Source: Octopus sinensis (Eukaryota). From it: a stretch of 64,000 nucleotides of DNA. The stretch spans positions 177,010,001 through 177,074,000 of the forward strand of contig NC_042997.1 in NCBI RefSeq assembly GCF_006345805.1. Direction: 5' to 3'. Both the position numbers and the translations under genes were made by a program. Below, piece by piece: positions 37,201 to 51,369 of this stretch. The notes beneath the pieces were generated by a model. The model did not search any database. It had not been told where the DNA came from and saw only the letters and a program-made list of their open reading frames with translations. Within the stretch, counting starts at the first letter, position 1. Each line of letters starts with the position of its first letter.

Positions 37201-38289
37201 CGCAGAGGCTTTCTGTCTCTCTCTCTCTCTTTCTCTCACTCTTGATATCAATAGATAACAGTGAAAGGTGGTGATTGGATAACAATTCGGTAGAGCGGCT
37301 GACATGGTACCTTGCGGAATTTATTACAACAATTTACGTTCCGAGTTCAAATACCGTTACAGGCTACTGAGATGGCAGTACGAATACAACACCTTAAAAA
37401 AGTATTTAGTTTCCAACTTCTTCCTGAGTTTTGTACTTGACTGATGGTATTTCATTAATCGGACCCGGAAGTACTAGAAGCAAAACTAACCTTTAATAAT
37501 AATTCTTTCCACTTTATTTGCCAACAGGGCCCATTCATTCATACAATGACATGTAAACAAACGGGTTAGAAATATGTGATGATAAACAAAAACAAAGTTA
37601 TCTATAAAAGCAAAGTGATGCGGATGAAGAAATTATGCAATGTATTAAGACATGTTAGCTTTTTTAATGATACAAATAGTTACAATTAAATGATTGTTAA
37701 TAATTAAGAGACCCTTTTTTTTTTGAGATAAATTTATATTCAAGTACTTGGGTCAATATGATTGACTACAATCGCTCAGCTTTATGTTTTTGATAGAAAT
37801 CATCGTAGTTTATCATTGGTAGGGTGTCGAACAAAATGATCTGCTGTATTTGGTTACTTGCGTCCCTTTATATTCCGAGTTCAAGTCTTACCTGTGTCTT
37901 CTCGTGCCCTTCAACAATACAATTTGTGGAGGAATGTCGACATAAGGAATACCAGTAATTTACCTGGGTCGATTTAATTGAGTCTTCCTTTGCCCACAAA
38001 ACGCGCGTCCGTGTGCGTATTACGTTCGCAATAATTCCTTATTATAGGTGCGGGCTTGGTAGAGTCGTTGGAGTGCAGGGTAAAAATGATTTCTAGTTAT
38101 TTGCTCTGGTCCTCTTCGATTTGGGTTCAAATCCCGTCGAGTTCAACTTTGTCTTTTATCATCCCGGTGGATTTCCATAACTTTCTAGCATAGGGCATGC
38201 ACTTGTCTGTTTACATTCTTAGTTCAAATTCCACCGATGGCCAGTATAATCCTCCAACGATGGGGCCACTGTTGATTATACAATAGAGA

Positions 38290-38800
38290 GCTTGTAGGTG
38301 GAGCCACTACTCTGACCTATGGTTTTCAACTTTGGCATAAGCATTCGCATAAGGGAGCTGTGGGCTCACAAGGGGCAGGAAATATCAGAGAGCTGCTGTG
38401 AGGATTCCTGTGATTAAATGATGGGTCTTTTTTTTAGAAATAAAATATTTAAATCAGGTAGAATACTTATATTCTAAACACATTTTCGAAAAAAAAACAT
38501 TCTTAGTTAAACATTGTATCGTCTTTGAGTAGAAAAATTACTGATAATGCTCCATGGTCCAATATAATTTCATTATTTGTATGCTTTCCCAGTACATTTG
38601 TTGAAAGCGGCAAGAATGGCTCAAGCGAGCCCTCACTGAACCCGGGCTCGTAGACTGAAGAGAACGGTTGGAAGAAAAGTGCCTGCCTATGGTGGGGTAT
38701 TTCAGGATCTGTAGGGTTCCATTTTTGCCCCTAATTGTTACTCCCACTATTGGAAATTTTGTTATTGTTCTTTTTATTGTTTACGCGTATATAAATCCTT
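38290..38800 (-). mobile_element. Decayed CR1/L2-group LINE 3' end
   Basis: Minus-strand LIFPAPCEPTAP resembles the terminal D.FL..IPDEP motif; ILKYPT...PGSVRARL; strongly degenerate. Confidence 0.35.
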
Positions 38801-39329
38801 ACCGTACTTTGTATTGTCCTAAATAGTTCGTTATTATAATCTTCAAATTATTGGGAATTATGTGGATTGGGCCTTGGAGAAAATTCCTTGTTGAACTTCC
38901 TCCGGCTCTTAACTTTCTGAATCAAAGTCTGCTGGAGTCAAGTTTGCCTTTCACCTTTTCAGGGTTGATAAAATAAAGAACCTGTCAACTATTGGGGTCG
39001 ATGGTATCAACTTATCCACTCACCACTTAAAATTTATATCAAAAACAATTCTGAGAACGATTATAATTTTGCGTTTGCAAAACATGGAAAACTGGTTGTA
39101 AAAGTGTCATTCGGCGGAAGGTTTTTTTTTTGGGTGGGGGGCAAGAAATTGAAGTTAAAGGGGAAACAATCGTGACTGAAACTGTAGGATGATGTTAAGA
39201 CATTTACTATTTTAGCAAAAATGTGTTCATTGTCGCTGGTACAGATGTGGTAGTTGTAGTGTCGATTTTAGTCCCTGGTCCAACCACATGAATTCCAAAA
39301 GGATTTCAGCAATTTTAGGCGCACGCATG

Positions 39330-39455
39330 GGCTTGTGGCTAAAAAGATCGTTTTGCAGCCACGTGGTTTCAGATGCACTCCTACATGGCACCTTGAGCAA
39401 GTATCTTTTACTCAAGCCCCCAGGCTGATCAAAGCCTCCTGAGTGAATTTGGTTG
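39330..39455 (-). mobile_element. Diverged CORE-SINE 5' part (tail piece at 39965-40125, +)
   Basis: CATGGCACCTTGAGCAAGTATCTTTTACT...GAGTGAATTTGG; read as the + strand here, orientation uncertain. Confidence 0.5.
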
Positions 39456-39473
39456 ATGAAAACTTTGAAATCT

Positions 39474-39888
39474 GCGAGCTGGCAGAAACGTTAGCACGCT
39501 GGGCGAAATGTGTAGCCGTATTTCGTCTGCCGTTACGTTCTGAGTTCAAATTCCACCGAGGTCGACTTTGCCTTTCATCCTTTCGGGGTCGATAAATTAA
39601 GTACCAGTTACGCACTGGAGTCGATATGTAATCGACTTAATCCGTTTGTCTGTCCTTGTTTGTCCTCTCTGTGTTTAGCCCCTTGTGGGTTGTAAAGAAA
39701 TAGGTATTTCGTCTGCCGCTACGTTCTGAGTCCAAATTCCACCGAGGTCGACTTTGCCTTTCATCCTTTCGGGGTCGATTAAATAAGTACCAGTTACGCA
39801 CTGTGGTCGATATAATCGACTTAATGCGTTTGTTTGTCCTTGTTTGTCCCCTCTGTGTGTAGCCCCTTGTGGGCAGTAAAGAAATAGG
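39474..39888 (+). mobile_element. SINE family A dimer
   Basis: One head, two bodies joined at AAGAAATA|GGTATTTCGTCTG. Confidence 0.9.
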
Positions 39889-40703
39889 AAACTGTGAAAG
39901 TCTGTCGTGCATATGTATATATGTGTGTCCCTGTGCTTGTAATTGGTTGTGACTGTACACAATACCGCTTGACAACCGGGGTTTGTTTGTTCACAGCTCC
40001 GTAACTTAGTAGTTTGTTAAACGGATTCAATAGAATAATACCAGAATTGGGGTCGATATATTTGAGTAATATACTCCAAAATGATGCCTCAGCATGGCCG
40101 CAGTCTAAGTAAAAGATAAGAGATAAAAGACGACCAGACTATTTTTTAAAATGAATATTAAGACTAAGACCATAGTTTGTTTAAAGGGGCAGCAGCGGTG
40201 GGGTGTAATCGGAGGAATATTTGGTTACTATTTCATGTAGGTTCGGTGGTCACATAGACGTTCTCATGTAGGATCGTCGTCGTCGTTCGATGGTGTTGAT
40301 TGCTGACTGTCGTGTTTAGAAGCTGTTGCAGAAAGAAAATAGACAGAAAAATATTGTAATCGCAAAAGGAGAAATTCGTGTGAAGTTTGCATTGAAGCAG
40401 ATGAGGTGAATTTTCGCACTCCTACTTTCAATAGCATTTATTCGCCACACCTATCAAGTGATATGTAAAGAGGAACCATCTAGGGTGTCTCAAGCATGGT
40501 GTACAGCGGAGACGGAGACGTCTATGGAGAGTCTACATTGGCGCTTAACCTGCTGAAATAGCAGTCGAATCTTCCTCTAATCGTATACTACAATCTAAGA
40601 CGTTATGTTGATATTATTCATAGTTCTAGGTTCAAATTGAATGAATAAATAATAATGATGATGATGATGATGATAATAACAACAACAACAACAATAATGA
40701 TAA

Positions 40704-40805
40704 TGTCTGGTGTACTCTTATCAGACGGGTAGTCATGATGGGTATACTGGGCTTCGTATATTTTAACCCAGTGTCACTTTGATGGCATGCATTGCTCTCT
40801 CACTC

Positions 40806-40870
<65 letters not shown>

Positions 40871-40976
40871 TAGTGCCTGGTGTACTCTTATCAGACGGGT
40901 AGTCATGATGGGTATACTGGGCTTCGTATATTTGTACCCCAGTGTCACTTTGATGGCATGCGCTGCACTCTCACTC

Positions 40977-40977
<1 letters not shown>
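40704..40977 (+). mobile_element. Two tandem 3'-terminal ~103-bp pieces of the (AAT)n-flanked element
   Basis: TG(T/C)CTGGTGTACTCTTATCAGACGGG...CTCTCACTCA, each followed by (ATA)n. Confidence 0.9.
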
Positions 40978-41023
<46 letters not shown>

Positions 41024-41034
41024 TAATAATAATG

Positions 41035-41070
<36 letters not shown>

Positions 41071-41072
41071 GC

Positions 41073-41131
<59 letters not shown>

Positions 41132-41419
41132 TAATAATAATGATATTAATAAATGGATGGATATGTCTCGGTTATATTTTACTCGTCGAAGAATAACCAC
41201 AGTAACAGCAGTAGGAAGAAACGAGAGCAATATATTACATGTACAGTTGGTTAGGTCTTCACAGTTAACGCACAACAACAGCATGCTGACACCATACAGA
41301 CTTAATGAGAAACATCGTTATCAAACACCATGCATATCAAATCGTACCATTTCTCATATTGTCCGCTCCTAATTGCATCGAACCTCATACTCACACACAA
41401 GTGTGCATGTGTGTATGTT

Positions 41420-41467
<48 letters not shown>

Positions 41468-41839
41468 ATATATGTATATATATATACATACATATATACT
41501 CACATACAATATATAAGCACATATACACACATAAGATGTATGTATGTATGTATGCATGCATGTATGCATGTATGTATGTATGTATGTATGTATGTATGTA
41601 TGTATGTATGTATGTATGTATGTATGTATGTATGTATGCATGCATGTATGCATGTATGTATGTATGTATGCATGTATGTATGTATGTATGTATGTATGTA
41701 TGTATGTATGTATGTATGTATGTATGTATGTATGCATGCATGCATGCATGTATGTATGTATGTATCTATCTATCAATTAATCTATCTCTTTATCTATCTA
41801 TCTATCTATCTATCATCTATCTATTTATCTATCTGTCTA

Positions 41840-41930
<91 letters not shown>

Positions 41931-41968
41931 GTCTGTCTGTCTGTCTGTCTCTCTCTATCAATCTATCC

Positions 41969-42050
<82 letters not shown>
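41420..42050. repeat. Compound (TA)n(TATG)n(TCTA)n microsatellite block
   Basis: Direct reading. Confidence 0.95.
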
Positions 42051-42069
42051 TATCTTTTACTTCTTTCAA

Positions 42070-42245
42070 TCGTGAGACTGTGACCAAGTTGGGGCACCGT
42101 CTTCAAGAATCTTAATCGAATGAATCGACCCGACAACTTATTTTTAAAAAAATCCTTGCACTTATCCTATCGGTTTCTTTTGCCGGGCCGCTAGGTTGCA
42201 GGGACATAAACACACTAACATCGGTTATCAAGCAGTGGTAAGAAG
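42070..42245 (-). mobile_element. CORE-SINE family B tail fragment
   Basis: CTATCGGTTTCTTTTGCCGGGCCGCTAGG...ACATCGGTTATCAAGC. Confidence 0.7.
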
Positions 42246-42361
42246 CATACAGATGCACTCAAACACATACAACACACACACACATGCAAACAGACACACG
42301 CAGACATATCCAGACGTTCGCGCGCAAACATGTATAGATGCTGACACATAAACACGTGTAT

Positions 42362-42488
42362 GACAAGGGGCGAAAGTTGATCGGGTAATTTGAACTCAGA
42401 ACGTTAAGACGGACAAAAGTGCCGCTAAGCATTTTGTTCGACATGCTAACCTTTCTGCCAATTCACCGCAATACTACTACTACTACTA

Positions 42489-42567
<79 letters not shown>

Positions 42568-42581
42568 ACTACTACTACTAC

Positions 42582-42660
<79 letters not shown>

Positions 42661-42801
42661 ATAATAATAATCCTTTCTATTATAGGCACAAGGCCTGACA
42701 TTTTGGAGGAGGGGTAAGTCAATATTACATCGACCCCAGTGATCAACAGGTACTTGTTTTATCGACTCTGAAGGATGAAAGGCAGAGTCGACCTCGGCGG
42801 C

Positions 42802-42853
<52 letters not shown>

Positions 42854-43000
42854 TAATAATTTATTTCTTTATTGCCCACAGGGGGCTAAACACAGAGGGG
42901 ACAAACAAGGACAGACAAACGGATTAAGTCGATTATATCGACCCCAGTGCGTAACTGGTACTTAATTTATCGACCCCGAAAGGATGAAAGGCAAAGTCGA
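42362..43000 (-). mobile_element. Three SINE family A pieces separated by (CTA/CTG)n and (ATA)n
   Basis: Pieces at ~42362-42470, 42683-42800 and 42866-43000. Confidence 0.8.
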
Positions 43001-43033
43001 ATAATAATAATAATAATAGTAGTAGTAGTAGTA

Positions 43034-43110
<77 letters not shown>

Positions 43111-43531
43111 TAATAATAATAGTAACAATAATGAAATTATTGTTTACAGTGAGGAGGTGTACTACCTTCGTCGGAAAAGAGTAAAAACGGGGACAGAAAG
43201 CAGGAATAAGCCAAGTAAAGAATGACAGCAGCGATAGCCAAAAGTGCATATATCGCAAACACACACATACGCGTGCGCACGCATACTACACATATATTAC
43301 AGAATGATATGTTTTTTTTTTTTTTTTTATAAGAGAGCTTGTCAATCCCACTACCATTCACTGACGACTTCATCGTCGCCGTCAACATCGATCTGACACT
43401 TTTGTGTTCTGAGTTAATTTCCCGCCGGAATCAACTTCCGTCTTTTCGCTCTTACATGGTCGATATAGAAAGTGTTAGACAATTCCGTTAAAAGCGAATC
43501 CCAGCCGAATATATTTAACGTTGCTCCAGTG

Positions 43532-43568
<37 letters not shown>

Positions 43569-43992
43569 TATCATCATCATTGTCGACGGAACTGAAATGG
43601 ACCAACTCTGATAATGCAACAGTCAGCTGGGAAGTAAGAGAATGGGAATTTTGCCCTTGATGCAGCAAAGGACATCTTGTGTGGGTCGTCCTAACCTGCA
43701 TAACCCTCATCGGTTGCCATCTGTGATATTAGCCTCTTCCCTATTGGAGGGACCATTTATCGTCGATAACTTATTGTTATTTGTTTATCTATTTATTTAA
43801 GATTCAACTTTCTTTTTACTCTATTTTAGCTCTACATTTTTTTTTGTATATTTCATCAGTTCTCACTCCGAAAATTGTGGACTTCTATGACCAATGCAAA
43901 TAATAATAATAATAATAATAATGATAATAACAATAATAATAACAATAATAATAACAATAATAATAACAATAATAATAATAATAATAATGATG

Positions 43993-44033
<41 letters not shown>

Positions 44034-44048
44034 TATTATTATTATTAA

Positions 44049-44828
44049 AACGGCGAGCTGCCAGAATCGTTACCGAGCCGAGCAAAATGCATAGCGGCAT
44101 TGCGTCGGTCATTACGTTCTGAGTTCAAATTCCGCCGAGGTCGACTTTACCTTTCATCCCTTCGGGGTCGATAACTTAAGTACCAGTTGGGTACTGGGGT
44201 CGATGTAATCGACTAGTCCTCCTCCCCCAAATTTCAGGCCTTGTGCCTACAACAGGAAGGATTATTAATGCTTATTATCACTTAGGCGGGAGGAGGCAGA
44301 ATCGTTACCCCGCCGGACAAAATACTTAGCGGCATTTTGACCGTATATACGTTCTGAGCCGAGGTCGACTTTACCTTTCGTCCTTTCGGGGTCGATAAAA
44401 TAAATCAGTATAATCATTTTACCCTCTTACCTGAAGTTGTTGGCTTCGTGCCAAAATTATTATTATTACTATTATTATTATTATTATTATTATTAATCCG
44501 TCTTCTCGTTCTGAATTCAAATTCCGTCGAGGTCGTCTTAGCCTTTTATCCATTCAGGGTCGATAAAATAAATACCACTTGTATTCTGGGGTCGATATAG
44601 TCGACTATCTGCCTTCCCCAAATTTCAGGTCTTGTGCCTATAGTAGAAAGGGTTATTGCTATTAAGACGGCGAGCAGGCAGAATCGTTACCGCAAAGCGC
44701 TCGAGGCATTTCGTCCGTCTTTACGTTTTGAGTTCGAATTTCATCGACGTCGACTTTGCCTTTCATCCTTTCGATGTAATCGACTTAGCGTCTGTTTCGA
44801 AACTGCTGGTCTTGTGCCAAAATTTGAA
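44049..44828 (+). mobile_element. Cluster of four same-strand SINE family A copies
   Basis: Heads or central modules at ~44049, 44283, 44497 and 44665. Confidence 0.85.
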
Positions 44829-44969
44829 ATCATTCTTATTATAATTGATTTGTTCGCGCGCTTGTATGTGTGCATACTTTCATAACAACATTTGAGTAAC
44901 TGAACCGCGAACTAGTATTTTATTATAGACATCACATTCTCTGCTTGGAAATCACATCACCCAACTTTA

Positions 44970-45066
<97 letters not shown>

Positions 45067-45207
45067 GTGTTTTTGTTTGCACGCGCAAACGTTCATACGT
45101 TGATATGAAGGATTATCGTATCGAAATCTCCCGATCTCTGACATTTATCTGCCCTGTGGAATTTTTGCGCGCTTGTATATGAACACATACATACATACAT
45201 ACATACA

Positions 45208-45238
<31 letters not shown>

Positions 45239-45250
45239 CGATATCTATAA

Positions 45251-45321
<71 letters not shown>

Positions 45322-45622
45322 GTCTGTCTGTCTGTCTGTCTGTCTATGTCTGTTACACATATTCACACATACGCACGCATACAAACACAAACATGCACAC
45401 ACGCGCACACACATATGCTTACATCCCTACACACATGTTCACATTCGTATGTACTCATACATACAAATACGCATACATACAAATACGCATACATACAAAT
45501 ACGCATACATACAAATACGCATACATACACACAGAGCAGGGCATTATAATATCACTGCCATATTATGTATGCTCCAAGAAAACCTCCAAACTTCAGCACA
45601 TGCATACGGTACTCATATACAT

Positions 45623-45654
<32 letters not shown>

Positions 45655-45655
<1 letters not shown>

Positions 45656-45800
45656 CGACAGGCTTCTTTCGTTTTCCGTCTACCAAATCCACTCACAAGG
45701 TTTTGGTCGGCGCGAGGGCTACAGTAGAAGACACCTGCCGAAGGTGTCACGCAGTGGGACTGAACCCGCAACTATGCTTTTGGACAGCAAGCTTCTTACC
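45655..45800 (-). mobile_element. CORE-SINE 5' half
   Basis: CGACAGGCTTCTTTC...TTCCGTCTACCAAATCCACTCACAAGG...GCAGTGGGACTGAACCC. Confidence 0.85.
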
Positions 45801-46204
45801 ACGTACACACACACACACACGCACGCACGCACACACATGCACACAGACGCACGCACATAGATGCATACATACTCATATACGGCTGACGAGCTGTTGACGG
45901 CAAAACTTAGTAGTCACAGTGACACCATAATTCTATCAAATAAATTATGCACACATACTTACAGACACATATTTGCATACGCCTTTTCACAGCTATACTT
46001 CTGTGAGTGCGTTAAACATTAGTCGTGCTCTAGGTAGCTGCTAGTTGTAACCTAACATTATTTATATAAGGTTATCCTCGTCGTTGTGTGATTCTCTCCT
46101 CTTCGTCAGTGCATCGATTGATGAAAGATCCTTCCAGCCTTGAAAATCCTTTTCTTCTTATAAATTAAGGATTACTTCATCTTAAATGTGTCTTATTTGC
46201 TTAT

Positions 46205-46463
46205 TCTCTTTTACTTGTTTCAGTCATTTGACTGCGGCCATGCTGGAGCACCACCTTTAGTCGAGCAAATCGACCCCAGGACTGATTCTTTGTAAGTCTA
46301 GTACTTATTCTATCGGTCTATTTTTGCCGAACTGCTAAGTTACGGGGACATAAACACTCCAGCATCGGTTGTCAAGCGATGTTGGGGGGGGGGACAAACA
46401 CAGACACAGAAACACACGCACACACACACACACAAACATACACACACATACATACACATACAT

Positions 46464-46534
<71 letters not shown>

Positions 46535-46674
46535 TACAACGGGCTTCTTTCAGTTTCCGCCTACCAAATCCACTCACAAGGCTGACACTTGCCCAAGGTG
46601 CCACGCAGTGGGACTGAACACGGTAACATGTAGTTGGCAAGCAAGCTACTTACCACACAACCACTCCTGCGCCT
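46205..46674 (-). mobile_element. CORE-SINE family B, near full length with an internal deletion in CORE
   Basis: Tail TTTCAGTCATTTGACTGCGGCC to head CCACTCCTGCGCCT. Confidence 0.9.
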
Positions 46675-47202
46675 ATATTATTTAAAAAGTATATATATAT
46701 ATATATATATATAGATAGATAGATAGATATACACAACGTTTGATTTAAGCTGTTATTTCTAGAAGGATTGTGGACTGTGTAGAGAGACACATTCATAGGC
46801 TCTATATATGAAGCTATCTTTATTATTACTTCTATTACCCGAGCTGAGCTGGAGTTGTGATTGCAATTAACCAACTACGGATATTAAACAAATGTAAAAC
46901 AATCGATTCTCATACGTTGTCTGTCTGTCTGTCTCTCTCTAAATTTGCGTAATAATGTATGTATGTGCGTGTGTGCGCGTGTGTGTATGCGTGTGTGTGT
47001 GTGTGCGTGTGTTGTGTGCGTGTGTTGTGTGTGTATGCATTTATCTGTGAGAATACTTCATCCACTCCATCAATCCACCATTTCATACACACACGCATGT
47101 GTATGTGTGTGTGTGTGTATACATATATGTGTACGCAGATATATATATATATATATATTAGTATATATATACAAAATACTAAATTATACGTAACTATAAA
47201 TA

Positions 47203-47343
47203 TAAGGTTGTCCCAAAAGTTCGTAGAAAGTCTTGGAAAATAATGGTCTTTATTTTGAGGAATAATTTTTGTTGTTTTTGTTAGTACTTGGCGAGTAAAA
47301 ATTCAATTTTCGCAAGTGTTTACAAACTTTTGGGACAACCTAA
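47203..47343. mobile_element. 141-bp mariner-type MITE with TA TSD
   Basis: TA|TAAGGTTGTCCCAAAAGTT ... AACTTTTGGGACAACCTAA|TA; 17-bp perfect IR core. Confidence 0.85.
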
Positions 47344-47711
47344 TATATGTATATGCATAAATATAAATACATACATACACACACACATAACCTGTTGTGT
47401 CTTGGAAGAGTCATTCTCTTTTAGCGCTTTATAATTTAACACGTTCACTGACTAAATTTCCACTCATTTACTCATTTATTCACTCGTTACATCTTGCAAT
47501 CTTTTCAATAGTTATTGACTCTGTCCGATCCAAGCAGACAACTATTGAAAAGGTTCCAAGACGCAACGAAAATTTTAGAAAAATAAATAAGTAAATGGGT
47601 GGAAGTTTTACTGGTGAGTGTTTAGAAGGCACTAAAAGAGAACGACACAACAGAATATGCTTCAAGACACGAATTCACATAAAGAATCTTGCAAACCAAA
47701 TCCAACATCGA

Positions 47712-47783
<72 letters not shown>

Positions 47784-47796
47784 TATATATATATAC

Positions 47797-47880
<84 letters not shown>

Positions 47881-47911
47881 TATAATATATACATATATAT
47901 AATATTAATAT

Positions 47912-47949
<38 letters not shown>

Positions 47950-48357
47950 CACACACATATATCTACATGTATCCACTATTTATATATTTCTCTCCCCTCC
48001 TTCTCTCTATCTCTCTTTATATATACTGTACTAGTGTAGATACAAAAATTATACTATTCCCCACCACATACATACACACATACATCATGTGAAGCAATTT
48101 CATCTCTGTTCTTCAATCTTGGATTATAATTGTTCTAAATGGAGAAATTAAAACAAAGTAAAAAAAAAAACAACAAACAAAAAAATAAAGAAAAAATAAT
48201 GCAAAACATTTGTATTTGTAAATTGGAATAGAAAAGAATTAAAATAATTCTGACAAAGGTAGAAGGACCAAGACCGAATTCTTGACATTAAATTAAATTT
48301 GAAAAGTTAAAAATATCAACTAAAAATACAAGAATTTTAAAAGTGTAAACAAAAAGG

Positions 48358-48755
48358 TCCAGCTGTGGCTGCGTGGTAAAAAGTTTGCTTCCCAAACACA
48401 TGTGTTTGAGTTCAGTCCTATTGTATGGCAAACTTGGGCAAGTGTCGTCTATTATGGCCTTGGGCCTTGGGCCGTCCAAAGTGTGGATTTGGTAGACAGA
48501 AACTGAAAGAAAGGCCTTTGTTTGTTTGTTTGTTTGTTTGTATGTATGTATGTATGTATGTGTGTGTGTATGCGTGTGTGCGTGTGTGTGTGTGTGTGTT
48601 TCTGTCTGTGTTTGTCTCCTACAACCGCTTGACAACCGGTGCCGGTGTGTTTACGTTCCTTTAATGTAGCAGTTCGATAAATGGGGACAATTTGTTCGAA
48701 TAAAATTCTTCAAGGCCGTGGCCCACCATGGCTGCAGTCTAATGACTGGAACAAA
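48358..48755 (+). mobile_element. CORE-SINE family B
   Basis: GTGGCTGCGTGGTAAAAAGTTTGC...CTTGGGCAAGTGTC...ATGGCTGCAGTCTAATGACTG. Confidence 0.85.
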
Positions 48756-49200
48756 TAAGGAGAAAAAAAAAAAAAAGAAATAAAAAAGAAATGAAAACCA
48801 AAAAAAAACCAAAAAAACTGTAAAGAATAAAAAAGCAAGGATCAGATGGCAGAATGAAGCTGATAAAAATAGTAGCAACAACAGCAAAATTCTATTTGCT
48901 ATCGGAAAAAAATAATAAAAAAATTGGGAAGTAATTTTTATAACCATGTTTTTAGCAGTTTTATGTGAGCTTCTAGGGCATCACCTACTGCACGGTTATG
49001 TTCTCGAAATGTATTGTAGTATTGTCTTTTAGAAATGCAGAACGACGGAAAATATATGTGCTTTATTGTTTATATTGCAGGGTGTATTTTGTTGTTTGTT
49101 TCCTGTGTTACTATAGTGATTTAATCTTCCTGTTTTGTATAAGACTATGTCGAAATAGGCGAATGTAAGTTATGTTACTTTTGGTAGTTGATGAATATTA

Positions 49201-49616
49201 AGGCGGCGAGCTGGTAGAAACGTTAGCACACCGGGCGAAATGCTTAGCGGTATTTCGTCTGCCGTTACGTTGTGAGTTCAAATTCCGCCGAGGTCGACTT
49301 TGCCTTTCATCCTTTCGGGGTCGATAAATTAAGTACCAGTTACGCACTGGAGTCGATGTAATCGACTTAATACCTATGTCTGTCCTTGTTTGTCCCCTCT
49401 GTGTTTAGCCCCTTATGGGTAATAAAGAAATAGGTATTTCGTCTGCCGTTACGTTGTGAGTTCAAATTCCGCCGAGGTCGACTTTGCCTTTCATCTTTTC
49501 GGGGTCGATTAAATAAGTACCAGTTACGCACTGGGGTCGATATAATCGACTTAATCCATTTGTCTGTCCTTGTTTGTCTCCTCTGTGTTTAGCCCCTTGT
49601 GGGTAGTAAAGAAATA
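49201..49616 (+). mobile_element. SINE family A dimer with 14-bp TSD
   Basis: GGTAGTTGATGAAT at 49183-49196 and 49617-49630. Confidence 0.92.
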
Positions 49617-49736
49617 GGTAGTTGATGAATGTGTTTTTGCGCGAGTTTTGTGTTTTGTAGAGTATATTTAGTGTGTATTTCCTCTTCTTCTTCTTCTTCT
49701 TCTTCTTCTTCTTCTTCTTCTTCTCTTCTTCTTCTT

Positions 49737-49767
<31 letters not shown>

Positions 49768-49804
49768 TTATTATTATTCTTATTCTTATTCTTATTCTTA
49801 TTCT

Positions 49805-50013
49805 TATTATTATAAATTGGCAGAGTCTTTAGCATGCCAAGCAAAATGCTTAGCGGCATTTCCTCCCCATCCCTACGTTCAAATTCCACCGGGGTCAACT
49901 TTGCCTTTCATCCTTTCAGGGTCGATAAAATAAATATCAATTGAGCACCGAGTGGATGTAATCGACTAATCTCTTCCCCTGAAAACTGCTGCCCTTTTGG
50001 CAAAATTTGAAAC

Positions 50014-50025
<12 letters not shown>
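49805..50025 (+). mobile_element. SINE family A (B-type tail)
   Basis: TGGCAGAGTCTTTAGCATGCC...GGGTCAACTTTGCCTTTCATCC. Confidence 0.8.
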
Positions 50026-50043
<18 letters not shown>

Positions 50044-50044
<1 letters not shown>

Positions 50045-50719
50045 GAGTGAGAGAGCAGTTCATGCAATCAAAGTGACACTGGGGTAAACTATACGAAGCC
50101 CAAAATACCCATCATGACTACCCGTCTGATAAGGGTACACCAGGCACATGCATCACAACCATATGTGCGCGACATGGTGATCTCATATCAAGATAAACAG
50201 CGCATGACCTTGCAGGTGGGGCCCAGTTAGAATTTTCTTCAGGTTGAGTAGCCCATCCCGCTCAAAAGGTCCCTGAATAAGGGTTGTTTAAGGATGTTGA
50301 AAGAACCACCCATGTTTCCAGAGGTGAATTATTTAAACCCCAAAGAATCCCTCTCAACACATGCTATGATGCCCCCACTCCCCCACTATCTTCTGCTCGT
50401 GATCAGAGATGCACATATCGTCAGCCACTAAGGACATGCTCAACTGTTAAGGTCAAACCACTGAAAAGCAAATCTGTGGTATTGAGCAGAATATTTGCTG
50501 TAGCCCATCTTTTATACCAAGACAAAACAATGTACATGATAACACTTCCAATCAGTTAAGATCAGAAGCTATGAGAGCCACTGCCTGGTACTGCATCAGG
50601 GCATAGCAGAATATTTGCTGTAGCCCATCTTTTATACCAGACAAAACAATGTACATGATAACACTTCCAATCAGTTAGATCAGAAGCCATGAGAGCCACT
50701 GCCTGTACTGCATCAGGGC

Positions 50720-50723
<4 letters not shown>
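50044..50723 (-). mobile_element. (AAT)n-flanked ~560-bp element with duplicated 5' 120 bp
   Basis: Reverse complement of 15784-16345; 50485-50604 repeated at 50605-50723. Confidence 0.9.
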
Positions 50724-50781
<58 letters not shown>

Positions 50782-50802
50782 CATTATTATTATTATTATT
50801 AT

Positions 50803-51369
50803 TGAGTGAGAGAGCAGTGCATGCAATCAATGTGACAGTGGGGTACAATTATACGAAGCTCAATAATATACCTATCATGACTACCCGTCTGATAAGGGTA
50901 CAGCAGGCACATGCATCACAACCATATGTACGCGACATGGTAATCGCATATCAAGATAAACAGCGCATGACCTTGCAGGTGGGGCCCAGTTAGAATTTTC
51001 TTCAGGTCGAGTAGCCCATCCTACTGAAAGATTCTTTGAATAAGGGTTGTTTAAGAATGTTGAACGAGACACCCGTGTTTCTAGAGTTGAATTATTCAAT
51101 TCAAATCCCAATGAATTCCTTTCGACACATGGCTATGATGCTCCCCTGCTACTTCTGCTCGTGATCAAAGATGCACATATCGTCAGCCACTAAGGGACAT
51201 GCTCAACTGGTTACGGTCAAGAAAATGACAAGCAAACCCATGGTATTGAGCAGAATATTTGCTGTAGCACATCTTTTACACCAAAAGAAACCATATACGT
51301 AATAACACTTCCAATTAGTTAAGATCAGAAGCGATGAGAGCTAGTGCTTGGTACTGCATCAAGACATTT
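50803..51369 (-). mobile_element. (AAT)n-flanked ~560-bp element, more diverged copy
   Basis: Same 5' and 3' ends as 15784-16345. Confidence 0.9.

Noticed and set aside
40779-42115. 197-, 256- and 261-aa ORFs (poly-N, MYVC, YLSI)
   Set aside because: Microsatellite translations; the same applies to most ORFs in the track (HTHT, YIYI, poly-S/L/I)
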